A stretch of 36,683 bases of DNA from the NCBI GenBank assembly GCA_964012695.1, contig CAXGVD010000001.1, positions 1-36,683 of the forward strand, written 5' to 3'. A model generated the notes under the pieces. That model was given only the letters and a program-made list of their open reading frames with translations, did not search any database and was not told the DNA's origin. Each line of letters starts with the position of its first letter. Positions within the stretch are counted from its first letter, which is position 1. Of the stretch, positions 34,145-36,683 are shown one piece after another. The position numbers and the translations under genes are program-made. This stretch comes from an uncultured Opitutia bacterium (GTDB lineage Bacteria; Verrucomicrobiota; Verrucomicrobiia; Opitutales; Seribacteraceae).

Positions 34145-35422
34145 TCAGCGCAACATGCCGGCGGCAAGGGTCTCGTTGCTGAAAGGGTCCACGAGGATGA
34201 AGCTGCCCGTGTTGCGGTTGCGGCGGTAGGTATCGAAGAAGAGCGGGTTGGAGGACCGCAGGGCGACGCGCCCAATCTCGTTCATCCCGAACTCGGGCTC
34301 GCCTTCCACCTTGTGAAGGGTGTTCACATCCACCTTGTAGCGGATTTCCGTGACGATGGCCTGAGCCTCCTTGGTGGTGTGCCGCAGGACGCACTTGGCC
34401 CCGACCGCAAGTTTCTTGGTGGAGGAAAACCAGCAAAGCATGGCGTCCAGGTCCTGCTCGACTTTGGGCTGGTTGTTGGGCTTAACGAGCATGTCACCCC
34501 TGCTCACGTCTATCTCGTCCTCCAAGGTCATGGTAACGGACATAGGGTGAAAGGCTTCCTCCAGCTCAACCTCCCCCTGGTAAATCTTCTTGATGCGGGT
34601 GGAGAAACCGGAGGGCAGCACCGTCACTTCGTCTCCGGGCTTGAAGACACCCCCGGCCACCCGACCCGAGAAACCCCTGAAGTCGTGGTGCTCGTCGGAA
34701 TGGGGACGCACGACCCACTGCACGGGGAAACGGGCATCGACATGGTTGGCGTCGGAACCAACGTACACGGTCTCCAAGTGATAGAGTAGCGGCGACCCCT
34801 TATACCAAGGCATGTTCTCGGAGCGATCCACAACGTTGTCTCCCTTCAGGGCGCTGATGGGGATGAAGGTCAGCTCGGTCACGTTCTCCAGGCGGGAGGC
34901 GAAGTCGGCGAACTCCTTGAGCACTTTGTCGTAAGCCCCTTGGTCATAGCCCACGAGGTCCATCTTGTTGATGCAGAGGGCCACGTGCTTGATACCAAGA
35001 AGGTCTGCGATGAAGGCGTGGCGGCGGGTCTGCTCCACCACTCCGTTGCGAGCGTCCACGAGGATGAGAGCAAGGTTGGCGGTGGAGGCCCCAGTCACCA
35101 TGTTGCGAGTGTACTGAACGTGTCCGGGGGTGTCCGCGATGATGAACTTGCGCTTGGGGGTGGCGAAGTAGCGGTAGGCCACGTCGATTGTGATGCCCTG
35201 CTCGCGTTCGGCCCGGAGGCCGTCCGTGAGGAGAGCTAGGTTCACGTTGTCGTCGCCGCGCTGCTTGCTGCTGCGCTCGATGGCTTCGAGCTGGTCCTCG
35301 AAAATTGACTTGGTGTCGTGAAAGAGGCGCCCTATCAAAGTGCTCTTGCCATCGTCCACGCTCCCCGCCGTGGTGAAGCGGAGGAGGTCCATGTCCATGT
35401 AGTTGCTGTCTTCGTCGCTCAT
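34145..35422 (-). CDS. cysN: Sulfate adenylyltransferase subunit 1 (GTPase)
   Basis: 425-aa ORF. GTPase motifs are GSVDDGKSTLIGRL (G1), DTPGH (G3) and NKMD (G4). EF-Tu-like domains II and III follow. There is no fused APS-kinase domain. Confidence 0.92.
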   Translation of the reverse strand: MSDEDSNYMDMDLLRFTTAGSVDDGKSTLIGRLFHDTKSIFEDQLEAIERSSKQRGDDNVNLALLTDGLRAEREQGITIDVAYRYFATPKRKFIIADTPGHVQYTRNMVTGASTANLALILVDARNGVVEQTRRHAFIADLLGIKHVALCINKMDLVGYDQGAYDKVLKEFADFASRLENVTELTFIPISALKGDNVVDRSENMPWYKGSPLLYHLETVYVGSDANHVDARFPVQWVVRPHSDEHHDFRGFSGRVAGGVFKPGDEVTVLPSGFSTRIKKIYQGEVELEEAFHPMSVTMTLEDEIDVSRGDMLVKPNNQPKVEQDLDAMLCWFSSTKKLAVGAKCVLRHTTKEAQAIVTEIRYKVDVNTLHKVEGEPEFGMNEIGRVALRSSNPLFFDTYRRNRNTGSFILVDPFSNETLAAGMLR

Positions 35423-35474
35423 TGGGAAAAGGCGTTGGATGAAGAAAAGAAAAAGGGGAAAGAGGGGCGGAGAT

Positions 35475-36380
35475 CTAGAAGTAGCCTTGCTTCTTTCTGT
35501 CCTCCATTGCGGCTTCGGAGCGCTGGTCGTCCGCCCTGGCTCCGCGTTCTGTCACGCGGGAGGCCGCAACCTCGCGAATCACATCGTCAAGAGAGGAAGC
35601 TTCCGAGCGAACCGCCCCTGTGCAGGTGGCGTCCCCAATGGTACGGAAGCGCACGATCTCCGTGGTCACCGTCTCCCCCTCCTGTAAGGTGATGAATTCA
35701 GTGACCGCCAAGAGGGAACCTTGCCGCTCCACCACCTCGCGCTCGTGGGCGAAGTACAGGCTTGGCAAATCGATGCCCTCGGCCCGGGCGTACTGCCACA
35801 CGTCCATCTCCGTCCAGTTGCTAAGCGGAAACACCCGGAAGTTCTCGCCGGGAGCCATGCGTCCGTTGAACAAGTTCCACAGCTCAGGCCGTTGGTTCTT
35901 GGGATCCCACTGCCCGAAGGCGTCGCGATGAGAAAAGAACCTCTCCTTCGCCCGTGCCTTTTCCTCGTCCCGACGTCCGCCGCCAAGACAGGCGTCGTAC
36001 CGGCCCTTCTCGATAGTCTCCAGCAAGGTGACGGACTGGAGTGCGTTTCGACTGGCATTCGGTCCCGTCTCCTCGCGGGCCGCCCCACGGTCGATGGAGT
36101 CCTGCACCAACCCCACCACCAGCTCCACGCCCAGCTTTTCCACAAAGCGGTCCCGATACTCGATGGTCTCGGGAAAATTATGCCCCGTGTCCACGTGAGC
36201 GAAGGGAAACGGGACCCTCGCGGGGGCGAAGGCCTTGGCCGCCAAGTGAGCCATGACGATGGAGTCCTTGCCGCCGGAGAAAAGCAGGACGGGCCGTTCG
36301 AACTGAGCCGCCGTTTCGCGAAGCACGAAGATTGCCTCGGACTCCAATTGCTTGAGATGGGTTACGTTGTACGCGAGCAT
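35475..36380 (-). CDS. cysD: Sulfate adenylyltransferase subunit 2
   Basis: The track ORF extends to 36608. The ATG at 36380 gives MLAYNVTHLKQLESEAIFVLRETAAQFERPVLLFSGGKDS (PP-loop). Then come HVDTGHNFPE and the C-terminal ...RADDQRSEAAMEDRKKQGYF. Length is 301 aa. Confidence 0.92.
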   Translation of the reverse strand: MLAYNVTHLKQLESEAIFVLRETAAQFERPVLLFSGGKDSIVMAHLAAKAFAPARVPFPFAHVDTGHNFPETIEYRDRFVEKLGVELVVGLVQDSIDRGAAREETGPNASRNALQSVTLLETIEKGRYDACLGGGRRDEEKARAKERFFSHRDAFGQWDPKNQRPELWNLFNGRMAPGENFRVFPLSNWTEMDVWQYARAEGIDLPSLYFAHEREVVERQGSLLAVTEFITLQEGETVTTEIVRFRTIGDATCTGAVRSEASSLDDVIREVAASRVTERGARADDQRSEAAMEDRKKQGYF

Positions 36381-36412
36381 GAGAAAGTTGATGACGCCTT
36401 GAAAAAACAGAT

Positions 36413-36683
36413 TCAGTCCACTCCTTGCACCAAGGGGAGTGCTTCGCGAAAGAGCAAATCGACGGAATGTTCCGGCGCCGCTCCCTCCGTATCCACCACC
36501 AGCCACGGGGAAACCGGTTCCTCGAAAGCGGACTGCCTGCCAGTAAAGTCCGCTATCTCTCCCGCCCGAGCCTTGGCGTAAAGCCCCTTCACGTCCCGCT
36601 CCTCGCAAGTCGCGAAACCCGCCTTGACGTACACCTCCCGGTAATCCTCCTCCCCCACGATGCTTCGGGCCGCCTGGCGAAAC
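36413..36683 (-). CDS. cysC: Adenylylsulfate (APS) kinase, C-terminal part (5' end beyond the right edge)
   Basis: The frame stays open from the window edge: FRQAARSIVGEEDYREVYVKAGFATCEERDVKGLYAKARAGEIADFTGRQSAFEEPVSPWLVVDT. This matches the CysC pattern F.EV.V...L..CE.RD.KGLY.KAR.GEI..FTG....YE.P. The track start at 36658 is an internal GTG. Confidence 0.8.
   Translation of the reverse strand, partial: FRQAARSIVGEEDYREVYVKAGFATCEERDVKGLYAKARAGEIADFTGRQSAFEEPVSPWLVVDTEGAAPEHSVDLLFREALPLVQGVD

Noticed and set aside
35721-36581. 286-aa plus-strand ORF
   Set aside because: It is antisense to cysD, whose PP-loop (SGGKDS) and full-length family similarity fix the minus-strand frame.

Overview
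GC-rich segment (roughly 60% GC by eye, strong G/C third-position bias) that looks like ordinary chromosome rather than an island. The domain repertoire suggests the PVC superphylum (Verrucomicrobiota or Planctomycetota): many Sec/Tat/lipoprotein-exported proteins, a prepilin-type pseudopilin, SHD1, a DUF1080-like domain, PEGA plus FGE-sulfatase, MORN, NHL, and a Tat-signal Gfo/Idh/MocA. This placement is inferred from gene content, not from a database hit. I call 33 protein-coding genes, one of them weak. One gene (NHL-repeat protein, 1-1587 minus) is absent from the supplied ORF track because it has no stop codon in the window. Many track ORFs are over-extended at the 5' end (GTG/TTG or upstream ATG), so I give revised starts. 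I saw no rRNA, tRNA, CRISPR array, transposase, integrase, phage gene or recognisable toxin-antitoxin or defence hallmark. Housekeeping blocks are dprA, a pfkB-like/tmk/holB/hit/DUF481 operon, and cysC-cysD-cysN. The items most worth a second look are: (1) a very divergent, orphan flagellin/FlgL-like gene near the window centre; (2) a tightly packed run of five exported proteins (Tat-oxidoreductase, propeller/di-haem peroxidase, SHD1-transglutaminase-TPR, VIT-vWA, vWA-coiled coil); (3) a three-domain fusion of a trypsin-like protease, a DUF1080-like domain and a SirB1-like/TPR region, placed divergently from the Tat-oxidoreductase; (4) an unassigned gene with a non-ATG start at the end of the sulfate-activation operon; (5) a TPR gene translationally coupled to an orphan pseudopilin. 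All family assignments come from motif recognition by eye. No alignment, HMM or structure search was run, so the novelty statements are hypotheses. I cannot show that the window holds a new system.
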